A stretch of 64,000 bases of DNA from Myxococcota bacterium (lineage in GTDB: Bacteria; Myxococcota_A; SURF-8): the NCBI GenBank assembly GCA_965140415.1, contig OZ223209.1, forward strand, positions 5,184,001 through 5,248,000, in the 5' to 3' direction. The stretch's first letter is position 1; every line of letters starts with the position of its first letter. The position numbers and the translations under genes were made by a program. This document shows positions 42,248 to 51,831 of the stretch, in pieces. The notes beneath the pieces were generated by a model that saw only the letters and a program-made list of their open reading frames with translations, did no database searches and was not told the DNA's origin.

Positions 42248-43288
42248 ATGTTTAGAATCGGATCAAGCGTTATTGTTTTACTTCTCTTCTTGCTGACTGC
42301 CGTGGGTGGCTGCGATAAACGCCCGAATCCTCCCGGTCAAGCTGCACCTGTAACACGAGACGTTGTGGAGAAACACGCCAAGACTTCACACACCGCCGTG
42401 CTCAAAGATCCGGTCTCGCAGGCACATAACTATATCGAAGAGGGAAACTACCCCCTGGCACTTAAAAGCAGCGAGGCGGCCTTTAAGGAAGCTTATGCCA
42501 CCTCTCCGGAATCACCCTCAACCTGGATCATCTTCTTAAAGAAATGCCAGGCGCAGGCACTGATGAATTCCCTCGATACCATTGCTTGTTACGACAAGTT
42601 TTTCGACAATACCAAAAACATTGCTATTGACGACTTCACGATGGCGACGGCGCTGCGCTGGCGGGTCATATTTGCACTGGAAGATGCAAACCGCACCGAG
42701 GCCAACTACTACTTCAACATGCTAAAGCCGCTGGACACCAAGCTTGAAATTACAGGCATGTTGCCAACTGAAATGCGGGCCTATTCCCATAGCATCCGCG
42801 CCGGGGTGGCTGCATTGAATCAACAGTTTGAACAAGCTGCGGATGAAATGGCACAAGCAGTTTCCCTTTTCGATCAAAGTGGAGAAGACAATCCACCGCA
42901 ATTGTTCAGCTACCTGGAAAAACTGGCGGACTACCAGATGATACTGGATCGTAAGCTTGATGTAATTGACACGCTGGAACGATTCGAGAAGGAGTTGCGC
43001 AAGACTTACGGAGACTATCACCCTGCCCTGTCTCTTCCATTGATGAAAACCATTCATGTTCTGGCCAAGGTCGGCGAAAAAGATCTGGCACGTAAAAAGT
43101 GGGAGTATGTACGACGCATCTACGCATCCACCGATCCCAAAGACAACCCACCGGAATTGGAAGAACTGTACAAAGATACCTTCTGGCTGATCGAGGCGCT
43201 GGACGAACCACTCTTCCCGGAAGATGAAATCAAAGCGCGTGAAGAGAGGGACAGGGCTAAAGCCAATCAGGATGCACCGAATCCGTAA
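42248..43288 (+). CDS. Lipoprotein with TPR-like helical repeats
   Basis: Lipobox VGGC; all-helical pattern; YGDYHPAL motif. Confidence 0.7.
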   Translation: MFRIGSSVIVLLLFLLTAVGGCDKRPNPPGQAAPVTRDVVEKHAKTSHTAVLKDPVSQAHNYIEEGNYPLALKSSEAAFKEAYATSPESPSTWIIFLKKCQAQALMNSLDTIACYDKFFDNTKNIAIDDFTMATALRWRVIFALEDANRTEANYYFNMLKPLDTKLEITGMLPTEMRAYSHSIRAGVAALNQQFEQAADEMAQAVSLFDQSGEDNPPQLFSYLEKLADYQMILDRKLDVIDTLERFEKELRKTYGDYHPALSLPLMKTIHVLAKVGEKDLARKKWEYVRRIYASTDPKDNPPELEELYKDTFWLIEALDEPLFPEDEIKAREERDRAKANQDAPNP

Positions 43289-43345
43289 AAACATTCTAAA
43301 GAGAAGTAGGTATATCGGGGTAGGCATTACCCCGACATCGTTTTA

Positions 43346-45574
43346 CTACTGCTCGATCTTGACAGAATCATAGTAGGTGTTAAATACAACGGTGTTTCCG
43401 GCACTGCTTGTCGCCAATTTCAATGTGGTAATGGCCCCCGTGTAATTGACGACCGTGCTTTCCGAATAATTTGTTTTCAGACCACTGACTTCCGAAACCA
43501 CGGAGTCATTGATCACGATCAAGCGTGACGGAGTCACGCAGCCGGAACCGTAATTGTCATCGAAAGTAGTATGATTGCAGGAAGTGTAGGTATGCCCGTC
43601 CGCACCGGTTCTCCACGTAACCGTAATGGTATACTCTCCGACTGGAAGATTAAGGGTCGCGGTCAATTCGGCTTCGTCATAGCAGCCAAGCGAAACCTGC
43701 TCTTCGGTTCCATTATTCGCGAACTGAACCAGATTGGGATTGCCACACACCAGCGGATCGCCAAAGGGGTAGCTTATCGTAGTGAATTGACCAGAAGAAC
43801 CATTGAATTCTTCCAGAAAAACTACAGGATTATTGTCTAGTCTCCGCCAGTCCGACCCGTTATATCCCATAAAGTTTCCGATTGTGGTATCGAAAATCAT
43901 CATTCCGGCAACCGGCGAGGCGATCGCATCGCGCTGGGTCGAGGTCATGCGGGGCAGCAGAAATGCCTGCGTAGTAGATGAAAGATCGAGAATGGCGGAG
44001 GCTTCCGGGGTTGCCGTGCCGATGCCCACTGACGTTCCGTTGTCGAAAACCAATGAATCACCCAGCTCGGTTGAGGCGGTGAATTTCGAAATATAGTTGA
44101 TCGTTCCGCTTCCGACGACGCCTTGGTCATCCTCTTCGCATTGGATCTGGCCGGTTGAATTGAAACCGCTGGCCACCATTCCATCCGGGCAGGACTGGCT
44201 ACTCAAGGCAAAGTCTTCCCCGCTGTAGGTGGAATTATCATCGGCTTCACATTGGATCAGGCCGCTTGAGGTAAAACCATTGGCCACCATTCCATCCGGG
44301 CAGGACTGATTACTCAAGGCGAAGTCTTCCCCGCTGTAGGTGGAATTGTCATCGGCTTCACATTGGATCAGGCCGCTTGAAGTAAAACCATTGGCCACCA
44401 TTCCATCCGGGCAGGATTGATTACTCAAGGCGAAGTCTTCCCCGCTGTAGGTGGAATTGTCATCGGCTTCGCATTGGATCTGGCCGGTTGAATTAAAGCC
44501 ATTGGCCACCATTCCATCCGGGCAGGATTGATTACTCAAGGCGAAGTCTTCCCCGCTGTAGGTGGAATTGTCATCGGCTTCGCATTGGATCTGGCCGGTT
44601 GAATTAAAGCCATTGGCCACCATTCCATCCGGGCAAGATTGGTTGCTCAAGGCGAAGTCTTCCCCACTGTAGGTGTTTTGCGTATCCATATCTTCAGAAC
44701 AGGCCCAGGCTTCGCCATCCCATTTGGCAACCTGCCCTTCCTCGCATTCAAGCGCGTCCAGCGTATCCGTATCCACATCCTCCGAACATTCCCACTCGGC
44801 ACCGTTCCAACGTGCCACAGCACCATTCTCGCAGTCCAGAATCGCGGTAGCCAAGGCATTCACAGTCGGATCGATTTCCGTGTAGCCTGTCAGGTAACCC
44901 GCTTCAGAATGATCTCCCCAGCCATAGCAGGCATTCCAGTTCGCAATATCGGTATCACCGATACCGAAAGCCGGAGCTTCGGAAAAGACCGGATCGCTTT
45001 CCGCTTCGAGACCGCTCATATCCACCGCACAGATCCAAGCCGCCCCATCCCATTTGGCCACTTCATTCGTCTGGCAGTTCAGTACAGCCTTAGCCAGGGC
45101 ATTCACGGTCGGGTCGGTTTCGTCGTAGCCGGTCAGGTAGCCACCGCCATCGATGATATCCTGCACCTGTGCTTCGGTCATGGCATTATCCGCCACCGAA
45201 GCCCGCACCGCATACGGAATACTGCTGATTGGTGTGCGCGGTGACAATTCCTCTCCGTCATCGACGCGAATTCCAAGCCACAATGCATCGCTTCCGAAGA
45301 TATTGGCGTCCAGCGGATTACTCTCTCCGAGAATCGCCGTAAAGGCACCACGTTCGATAATCGCGCCGACCACTTCCGTCCATACGGCATTGCCATCCTC
45401 TTCGGCATCGTACAGCGTGAACGAAATGGTGTAACCGCCATCAAGCGCTTCGCCATCCGCGTCCGTCAGGTAGCCCTGAAACTGCATTGTCGCGGGAACG
45501 GCTGCCCAAGTGATGGAACCGAGTAGAAGCGCTAAAACTCCGACAAACCAGGGAAGTAACTGTCTGGTATTCAT
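43346..45574 (-). CDS. Secreted fibre/adhesin-like repeat protein
   Basis: Signal peptide; N-terminal VPATMQFQGYLTD...F.LYD domain; C..G.VAKWDG..W.C modules; GIGTATP...LDLSSTTQAFLLPRMT module. Confidence 0.8.
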   Translation of the reverse strand: MNTRQLLPWFVGVLALLLGSITWAAVPATMQFQGYLTDADGEALDGGYTISFTLYDAEEDGNAVWTEVVGAIIERGAFTAILGESNPLDANIFGSDALWLGIRVDDGEELSPRTPISSIPYAVRASVADNAMTEAQVQDIIDGGGYLTGYDETDPTVNALAKAVLNCQTNEVAKWDGAAWICAVDMSGLEAESDPVFSEAPAFGIGDTDIANWNACYGWGDHSEAGYLTGYTEIDPTVNALATAILDCENGAVARWNGAEWECSEDVDTDTLDALECEEGQVAKWDGEAWACSEDMDTQNTYSGEDFALSNQSCPDGMVANGFNSTGQIQCEADDNSTYSGEDFALSNQSCPDGMVANGFNSTGQIQCEADDNSTYSGEDFALSNQSCPDGMVANGFTSSGLIQCEADDNSTYSGEDFALSNQSCPDGMVANGFTSSGLIQCEADDNSTYSGEDFALSSQSCPDGMVASGFNSTGQIQCEEDDQGVVGSGTINYISKFTASTELGDSLVFDNGTSVGIGTATPEASAILDLSSTTQAFLLPRMTSTQRDAIASPVAGMMIFDTTIGNFMGYNGSDWRRLDNNPVVFLEEFNGSSGQFTTISYPFGDPLVCGNPNLVQFANNGTEEQVSLGCYDEAELTATLNLPVGEYTITVTWRTGADGHTYTSCNHTTFDDNYGSGCVTPSRLIVINDSVVSEVSGLKTNYSESTVVNYTGAITTLKLATSSAGNTVVFNTYYDSVKIEQ
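44126..44674. repeat. Five tandem 111-bp (37-aa) coding repeats
   Basis: TYSGEDFALSNQSCPDGMVANGF(N/T)S(T/S)G(Q/L)IQCEADDNS x5, near-identical at DNA level. Confidence 0.95.
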
Positions 45575-45588
45575 GGGGCTATCCTTTC

Positions 45589-46041
45589 TTATCGAATCGG
45601 GCTAAGCGTGACGCTTGCATTCAAGCGATATTCATTATTTTCGGATTGGATGCTAAGAACCGCCGGAGCCAGCCGGAACGTCATCTTATACGCATCGGAA
45701 GCCGCCGTTCCTGCCGACGCGGCAAACCCACTGAAAGCGGGAGCGAATGCAGGCTCGGAATGCTCCTGTTCGATGTCGAGATCACCATCAGCGGTCTCAC
45801 CATCACCATCCGTAGCATCACCGTCGCTATTGTCTCCATCCGTGGCATCACCGTCGGAACTGTCGCCATCAACGGGAAGTTCGCCCGATCCATCACCGTC
45901 GGAGCTTGGAATGTCACTGTCGCCTTGAGCGTCGATTTCATCAAAGTCTCCCGGATTCTGGTTTTGAACGCCGTCATCCGAACAACCGGGAAATGAGGCA
46001 AGGAAAACAAGGAAAATCAGATAGATTCCTACATGGCGCAT
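45589..46041 (-). CDS. Small lipoprotein with DGD linker, upstream partner of the fibre gene
   Basis: Lipobox FPGC; DGD repeats; short beta-rich C-terminus. Confidence 0.8.
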   Translation of the reverse strand: MRHVGIYLIFLVFLASFPGCSDDGVQNQNPGDFDEIDAQGDSDIPSSDGDGSGELPVDGDSSDGDATDGDNSDGDATDGDGETADGDLDIEQEHSEPAFAPAFSGFAASAGTAASDAYKMTFRLAPAVLSIQSENNEYRLNASVTLSPIR

Positions 46042-46300
46042 ATATACTCTCCAATTATCTTGAAGGATGTTTGCATAAATGCCTTCCGCTGATCCGCATG
46101 CTTACAAATCAACTCTGCTTTGTTTGGCTGTATCTCCGTGAATTCAGGATAGTGGTCTTCCCCATCACTGTCAAGCACCTAACAAAAAGAGGCATGATTT
46201 AAGATACATAGAATGGATTGTAGGATGTATTGAATTGCTTTTGGGGGAAACCAGGCAGGGGAGTGGGTCGGGAAAGTTTTAGCCTGACATAAACTGCGAA

Positions 46301-46327
46301 GTGCAGGGGCAAAGCCTACCCCTGCAC
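46301..46327 (-). terminator. Hairpin after ablB (terminator candidate)
   Basis: GTGCAGGGG...CCCCTGCAC. Confidence 0.55.
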
Positions 46328-46345
46328 CTTGACTTTCACACGCCG

Positions 46346-47410
46346 TCAGGTGGTTTTCTTCAAGCGTTTTACCCAAATGTTCATATCTTCGAATTGGCCG
46401 AAGATATCGCAGTTATTGACCAGCCTTCCCGAAAACTCGTAACCCAGTTTGAAAAAGGACCGGTTCATACCCACGCTCATACCGCGCGCCAGGGTATAAG
46501 CGGTTAAAATTCCTTCGTCGATCAGATCCTGTTCCAGGTGCAGCAGCAGATGTTGCATCAGACCTTTTCCCTGCGCTTCCGGAACGGTGGCGCAATCGGT
46601 CATTTCGGCGTTCAGATGCTTGCGATCCATGTCCGCACTGGCAGCGGCCAGGGCCGTGTCACCGCGCATGGCAAGCCGATAAATCAGGTTCCGATCCATC
46701 GTCGATTTGATATAGTCGGGATTGGTCAGCGGAGAAGGATAGGTTTCGAAAACGCTTCGGTAAATAGCCGCCAAGAGCGGAATCTGGTCCTCGTTGGCAC
46801 GTACGATTTCTATTTCCGGATCGAGTTGATGAATGTGACCCGGTTCCGAACTGTAAATCAAGTCTTCGATCAATTGAGCTTCTTCCAGCAGATCGGAACT
46901 GCGCACCCGCTTATCGGAAGAAAAACGCGACAGGACATAGGCATCCTTGCCTCGGAAATAATAACGCAAGATGCCTTCCATCATGTAACCGTGCGAAAGA
47001 AACTTCTGAAAGTCTTCCTTATCGGCCTTCACGAAAATCTTGTCGAAATCGTTGGCTTCCGCCAACCAGGCCAGACGCCGGATCATGGCGGTGTAATCGG
47101 TCGCATCATAATCCACGACTTTCAGGCGCTTGTTGTAATAGTCGAAAAAGACTTTGATTTTATGGCCTTCACCTTCGATTTCGAAATCCAGTCCGTATAC
47201 CGTACCTACCACGGTGGTCTTCACTCCTTTATCCAGGGTAAACTGAACCAGCCCCATCTCCTTGTCCGTCGGCTCCAGACCGCTCCATTCATCCTGCATC
47301 TGATCCAGATCCTCAACTGAAGGCAGCATTTCCGGCGATTCTTCGACGGACTGCAACACAACCGGTTCGGGGGTATCTTTCTTAATATTACTCGACTTTT
47401 GTTCACTCAC
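46346..47410 (-). CDS. ablB: Putative beta-lysine N-acetyltransferase (GNAT)
   Basis: DYYNKRLK...KIFVK...EGILRYYFRGKDAY; VFETYPSPL; NAEMTDCAT...GKGLM; YTLAR..S.GMN..F...GY...G.L.NNC.I....EDMNIW.K; GTG start at 47410. Confidence 0.85.
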   Translation of the reverse strand: MSEQKSSNIKKDTPEPVVLQSVEESPEMLPSVEDLDQMQDEWSGLEPTDKEMGLVQFTLDKGVKTTVVGTVYGLDFEIEGEGHKIKVFFDYYNKRLKVVDYDATDYTAMIRRLAWLAEANDFDKIFVKADKEDFQKFLSHGYMMEGILRYYFRGKDAYVLSRFSSDKRVRSSDLLEEAQLIEDLIYSSEPGHIHQLDPEIEIVRANEDQIPLLAAIYRSVFETYPSPLTNPDYIKSTMDRNLIYRLAMRGDTALAAASADMDRKHLNAEMTDCATVPEAQGKGLMQHLLLHLEQDLIDEGILTAYTLARGMSVGMNRSFFKLGYEFSGRLVNNCDIFGQFEDMNIWVKRLKKTT

Positions 47411-48824
47411 GACTCGTCTCCATGTTGGTAATAGTGGATGCCGAAGAAGGCCACAGCAAGGTTGCCACAACCAGCACCAGGGCTGAAAGCGGCAAGGCGA
47501 CCAGGATCGCTTCGTCCACCGGATTCAAAGAAGGTACGATATTCAACAGCAGCGCGCAGCCCCCGCCGCTGAGCATGCTTAAAAATGCGGCCCGTGCGCT
47601 GACGCGCTTCCATAACAACCCACCTAGCGTCGGCACGAACAAGCCGGAAACCATGAACGAATAAGCCAGCAAAATGCTATCAAGCACCTTGGGAACCGCC
47701 ATGGCGATCCATACCGAAGCCACTCCCACCAAAATCGTCATGATGCGGCTTACCCGCAACACGTGTTGCTCGTCGGCCTGGGGGCGGATATATTTCTGAT
47801 AAATGTCGTTCACGAGATTGCCGACGGAGGCCATCAGACAACTATCCGCCGTGCTCATGATCGCGGAGAAATAGGCCGCGCTGACCAAACCCACCAAGCC
47901 GATCGGCAGAATGGTCTTGATCAACATCGGCAGAGCCATTTCCGATTCCACCTCGGGAAACAGCACCCGTCCAAACATACCCAGCAATACGCCAAGGAAA
48001 GCCATGAGCGGCCATTCCAGCAATCCGGCCAGAAACCAGGCGCGCTGGGCGGTCTTGACATCGCGCGTGGCATAGATGCGCTGATAGAGCGTCATTCCTA
48101 CAAACCAGATTGGAACGATGGTAAACATCCAGGTCACAAACTGTCCGAACCCGATGTTCGTCAAGCTGAAATGCGAGGCAGGCAATGTCTGACGAATCGT
48201 CTCCCATCCCCCGATTTCGACATAGGAAAAAGGCAGCGCGAAAAAGAGCAGGCCGCTAAGCAATACCACCCACTGGATGGAGTCGGTATAGATCACGGCT
48301 TGGATGCCGCCAAAGGAGGTGTAGAGCACAGCCACTCCGGCCATTACCAGCACGGCGGTCAGGATGCTGACGTCGAACACGGCGCTGCCCAGTTTGGCTC
48401 CGGCCAACACCTGCGCACCTACAAATCCGGCGTAGCCGATACCGGACACGATCGCCGCGACCAGACGTGTTTTGCCATCGAAGCGTTTTTCCAGGAAATC
48501 CGGGTAGGTCAACATGCCATAGCGGTCGCCGATGCGTTTTACTTTGGGAATTAAAATCACCGCCGCCAGCCATGCACCCAATAAGCCTGTGAAAAGCAAC
48601 CATGAACCGGATAAACCCATCGCAAAACCCAGGCCGCCCAGGCCGATGGAAAACCCACCACCGACATCGGTCGCCACCACGGAAAACCCGATGTGGCCTG
48701 CACCCATTTTGCGATCTCCAACAAAATACTGGTCGATGCTGGTCTGTTTGCGCAGAAAAAACACACCCACACCCAGCATGGCCGTCATGTACAGGGCGAT
48801 AATTCCGATGTCTATCCAATGCAT
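47403..48824 (-). CDS. Sodium:solute symporter (SSS/PutP family)
   Basis: YFVGDRKMG, GGIQAVIYTDSIQ, YQRIYA, SAIMSTADS; ~13 TM helices. Confidence 0.93.
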   Translation of the reverse strand: MHWIDIGIIALYMTAMLGVGVFFLRKQTSIDQYFVGDRKMGAGHIGFSVVATDVGGGFSIGLGGLGFAMGLSGSWLLFTGLLGAWLAAVILIPKVKRIGDRYGMLTYPDFLEKRFDGKTRLVAAIVSGIGYAGFVGAQVLAGAKLGSAVFDVSILTAVLVMAGVAVLYTSFGGIQAVIYTDSIQWVVLLSGLLFFALPFSYVEIGGWETIRQTLPASHFSLTNIGFGQFVTWMFTIVPIWFVGMTLYQRIYATRDVKTAQRAWFLAGLLEWPLMAFLGVLLGMFGRVLFPEVESEMALPMLIKTILPIGLVGLVSAAYFSAIMSTADSCLMASVGNLVNDIYQKYIRPQADEQHVLRVSRIMTILVGVASVWIAMAVPKVLDSILLAYSFMVSGLFVPTLGGLLWKRVSARAAFLSMLSGGGCALLLNIVPSLNPVDEAILVALPLSALVLVVATLLWPSSASTITNMETSRE

Positions 48825-48845
48825 GGCGCTTGTAGCCGGTCCTTT

Positions 48846-49292
48846 CTATGAATCGTCGTTTTCCAACGGTTCCAGTTCGTTTGAAATCAGCGAATCGATC
48901 TTGGGCACCTGTAACAGGGGATTGTCCTCCATTTGCGGCGTCTGCTCCTCGAATGCAGCCCGTTCCGGCTTGGACAGGCGATCGATCCTGGCTTCTACGG
49001 AGAGAACCAATTCCCGGCGCTGCTCCTTCGAAAATTTGCGTAACAGGCCTAGGATGACTTTCACCCCGGCCAGATTGACCTTCTCTACCGAAACCAAATA
49101 ATGAATAAAGGTCAACTGCTCGACATCCTTCTGGGAAAACAAACGACGGTTTCCGTCCGAGCGGGCAGGTTTGATAATTCCTTTGGATTCATACACCCGC
49201 AGTTGCTTCTGGGACGCACCGATCATATCCGCCACTACACCGATGGGAAACATGCCTTTCTCCGGGTCAGCGATTCGCATGGCCTTTTTCAC
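48846..49292 (-). CDS. MerR-family transcriptional regulator (HspR/GlnR-like)
   Basis: FPIGVVADMIG...LRVYESKGIIKPARSDGNRRLFS...VNLAGVK. Confidence 0.9.
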   Translation of the reverse strand: MKKAMRIADPEKGMFPIGVVADMIGASQKQLRVYESKGIIKPARSDGNRRLFSQKDVEQLTFIHYLVSVEKVNLAGVKVILGLLRKFSKEQRRELVLSVEARIDRLSKPERAAFEEQTPQMEDNPLLQVPKIDSLISNELEPLENDDS

Positions 49293-49545
49293 CCCACTTC
49301 AACATATACTTGACGCTTCACTTTTACCAATTCGTACCCTAAACCGTACAGATTATATAGCCTGCATGGAGTAGCTTTGTCAACCGCAGGGGGGGATGAA
49401 CGTACCTGCCGCTTCTCTCCATGCATTCAACTTGTTGTTGGTTCAAGGCTCCCATCCCTAACATGAAACCAAGAGAGAGGAGCAGGACGGGAATTGCTGC
49501 TCCAACATCAACAATCACACGATGCACAAGGAAAAAGACCGTTTC

Positions 49546-50202
49546 TTAGCGCCGCCGTCGACTTTTTCTGCGTTTTCGCTTGGAGCGGCTACTGCGCTTG
49601 GTGGGCTCCTGGGGTTGGATGATCGTCCAGCGCGATTGCCAGACCAACCGAAAGAGATAGCGGTCTTCCGGATCGATGGTGAGATAGGCCAGTTCGTCGT
49701 CGTAATCCAGTAGCACCAGGTTGCGGTTCATCCACAATACCGGCGCGCTGGAAAAAAGCGACGCATCCCGAGAAACTTCGTAAACGCCGCATTCGCAGTC
49801 GTATTCCTCGGCAACCTCTTCCGAGACTTCGATCAGGGCGTGAAATTCGCCGTGCTCGTCTTTCTCTATGCCGATCAGATCCAAACCCTGGGCGTGTCCG
49901 TGGGCATAGCTGCGCCAATGCTCACCATGATGCATCACGGTGATAATCCCGTTGGATTCCCGCACCCGCACCAATATTGCTTTTCTTCTGGCTTCGTTTC
50001 TGGCCTCTATCTCTTCCGAGCCGAACAAGGCGGAACAGTCGTCCTCGTCGATGGGTTCATCAACTGCTTCCTGCGCTTCGGCTTTTACCCGATCCGGCGA
50101 GAAATCCGAATCGGATCCATCCTGTTCTTCCGCACTTGCAAGGCCGGAATACAGAATAATTCCAAGTAGTAAGCAAACGATTAACCATCCCTTTCGAAAC
50201 AC
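49546..50202 (-). CDS. Secreted hypothetical protein with an Arg/Lys-rich tail
   Basis: Signal peptide ending ASA; AAGGAG RBS; GTG start. Confidence 0.7.
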   Translation of the reverse strand: MFRKGWLIVCLLLGIILYSGLASAEEQDGSDSDFSPDRVKAEAQEAVDEPIDEDDCSALFGSEEIEARNEARRKAILVRVRESNGIITVMHHGEHWRSYAHGHAQGLDLIGIEKDEHGEFHALIEVSEEVAEEYDCECGVYEVSRDASLFSSAPVLWMNRNLVLLDYDDELAYLTIDPEDRYLFRLVWQSRWTIIQPQEPTKRSSRSKRKRRKSRRRR

Positions 50203-50483
50203 GATATCCAGCCTCTCCTTTCCCTTCTCATGGTTCGACCATCAGTTCGACAGCCAATTAAATTTTTCGTTTCTACCCTTTCATGGGCATATTTCTTGCC
50301 CTATAATAGACACATTACAGCCCATTGTCAAGGGTAGGTTATTGGGATGGACTAGCTCACGGACGATAACAACAGACGGGGAGGATGCCGGGAAAACTCC
50401 AACCATCCCGAATGTCGTACGCAAATCGGTGGCACCCATATACCAGGTGCACTCACCGACAACGATAACTGATTTGCAGATTA

Positions 50484-51638
50484 TTATGCGGTCTTGTCCG
50501 GGACCAGCAGCCAGAAGGTGGTTCCGTGACCGCTGCCGGAATAGAAGCCGACTTCCCCACCTAAAACGGTTTCCCCCAATAATTTCATGGAGTACGTTCC
50601 ATATCCGTGCCCGATACCCTGCTTGGTGGTGAAGTGGCGTTGGAAGATACGAAGTTGGTGATCTCTTGGAATGATCTGAGGATTGTGCACCGAAAACTTG
50701 ACCTGACCAGCCATGGGATCGACTGAAAAGGTGATAACATCACCGTCAGTTGCAGCATCTAATGCGTTATTCAGCATGTTCATCAGTACCCGCACGACGA
50801 TACTGGCATCGGTTTGAATGCGTTGGTTTTCAATCTCCGGGTCCAGGTCCACTGCAATCCTGGTCTGCGATCCATTCAATCTGGAGCCTATACGCCCGAT
50901 TGCTTCCGCCACCAGCTTTTGCAAAGTGGTTTCTTTTACCCTCAACGGATAGTTGTGGTCCCTGGAGTAAGCGATAGTTTTGTGCAGATCAACCTCGGCA
51001 CATAAACGTCTGACATATTCCTGAATCGTCGAGTATATTTCTTCGCCTTCCGACTGGCATTCCTCTACGGCGAATTCCGCATAACCCATCAGCACTTGCA
51101 GCATATTGGTCATATCGTGAAAAAACACGCGTTCCATGGTGACACGGCGGTTCTCTTCGGTCTGATCGCGTAGGAAAAACAGTAAGAACTTTTCATTTCC
51201 AATCAGGATTGGTTGTGAGCGGACCTGGAAGAACAGCTCCACTTCCTGCCCATTTGCCTGAACGGTAGCTGCGCAATCTTTTTCCACGGGTCTGTCATGT
51301 TCGAGGGCGGCCAGCATGGAGAGCACCGCGCCGCAACTGCGACAATGCTTGCCGGTGCCGCAACCCCCTGGACCTTTGTTTGCGTGAATACAGCCGATGG
51401 CTTCACCCACGCGAAGACCGAATACCTGGCTCAGGTCCGGTTCTCCGAGAAACTGGCATAGATCTTCGTTCACCGTGAGAATTTGCCGCTGCTGGTTCAA
51501 TACGGCCAAAAAGCCGGAAATGCTGGCTAGAACACTACAGATAACCGCATTATTCGTGATCAAATCGAGGTGGCGCTCCAATCGATGACCTGCCAGACGT
51601 TCGGGTGATGCAAAGTAGGTGCTAAGATGATCCGTCAT
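50484..51638 (-). CDS. Cytoplasmic histidine kinase with Cys-rich PAS-like sensor
   Basis: GEAIGCIHA...GGCGTGKHCRSCG; H-box FFHDMTN; NMLNNAL; FQRHFTTK.G.GHGYGTY. Confidence 0.85.
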   Translation of the reverse strand: MTDHLSTYFASPERLAGHRLERHLDLITNNAVICSVLASISGFLAVLNQQRQILTVNEDLCQFLGEPDLSQVFGLRVGEAIGCIHANKGPGGCGTGKHCRSCGAVLSMLAALEHDRPVEKDCAATVQANGQEVELFFQVRSQPILIGNEKFLLFFLRDQTEENRRVTMERVFFHDMTNMLQVLMGYAEFAVEECQSEGEEIYSTIQEYVRRLCAEVDLHKTIAYSRDHNYPLRVKETTLQKLVAEAIGRIGSRLNGSQTRIAVDLDPEIENQRIQTDASIVVRVLMNMLNNALDAATDGDVITFSVDPMAGQVKFSVHNPQIIPRDHQLRIFQRHFTTKQGIGHGYGTYSMKLLGETVLGGEVGFYSGSGHGTTFWLLVPDKTA

Positions 51639-51776
51639 GGCGTACTTCCTCCCAAATATGCAAACACCTCTATTTTATTCGGGTACAAGGGGACTGTCAA
51701 ACAAGTATTTGATTTTGTATGCGTTTTTACAGGTGTGAAAAAAATGCTGTAGAAAAAAGAGGTTAGCATGAAGCAA

Positions 51777-51800
51777 ACCGGCCACCCGAAGGTGGCCGGT
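51777..51800 (-). terminator. Terminator after etfA
   Basis: ACCGGCCACC-cgaa-GGTGGCCGGT. Confidence 0.75.
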
Positions 51801-51831
51801 GATGCGTACAAACGAAACGCTTTAGGACGAT

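Noticed and set aside
44126-44674. Possible CRISPR array
   Set aside because: The 111-bp units are in-frame coding repeats without unique spacers, and there are no cas genes
49412-49538. SRP (4.5S) RNA
   Set aside because: AGCAGC is present but the CAGG...GNRA...GGAAGCAG helix-8 core is missing
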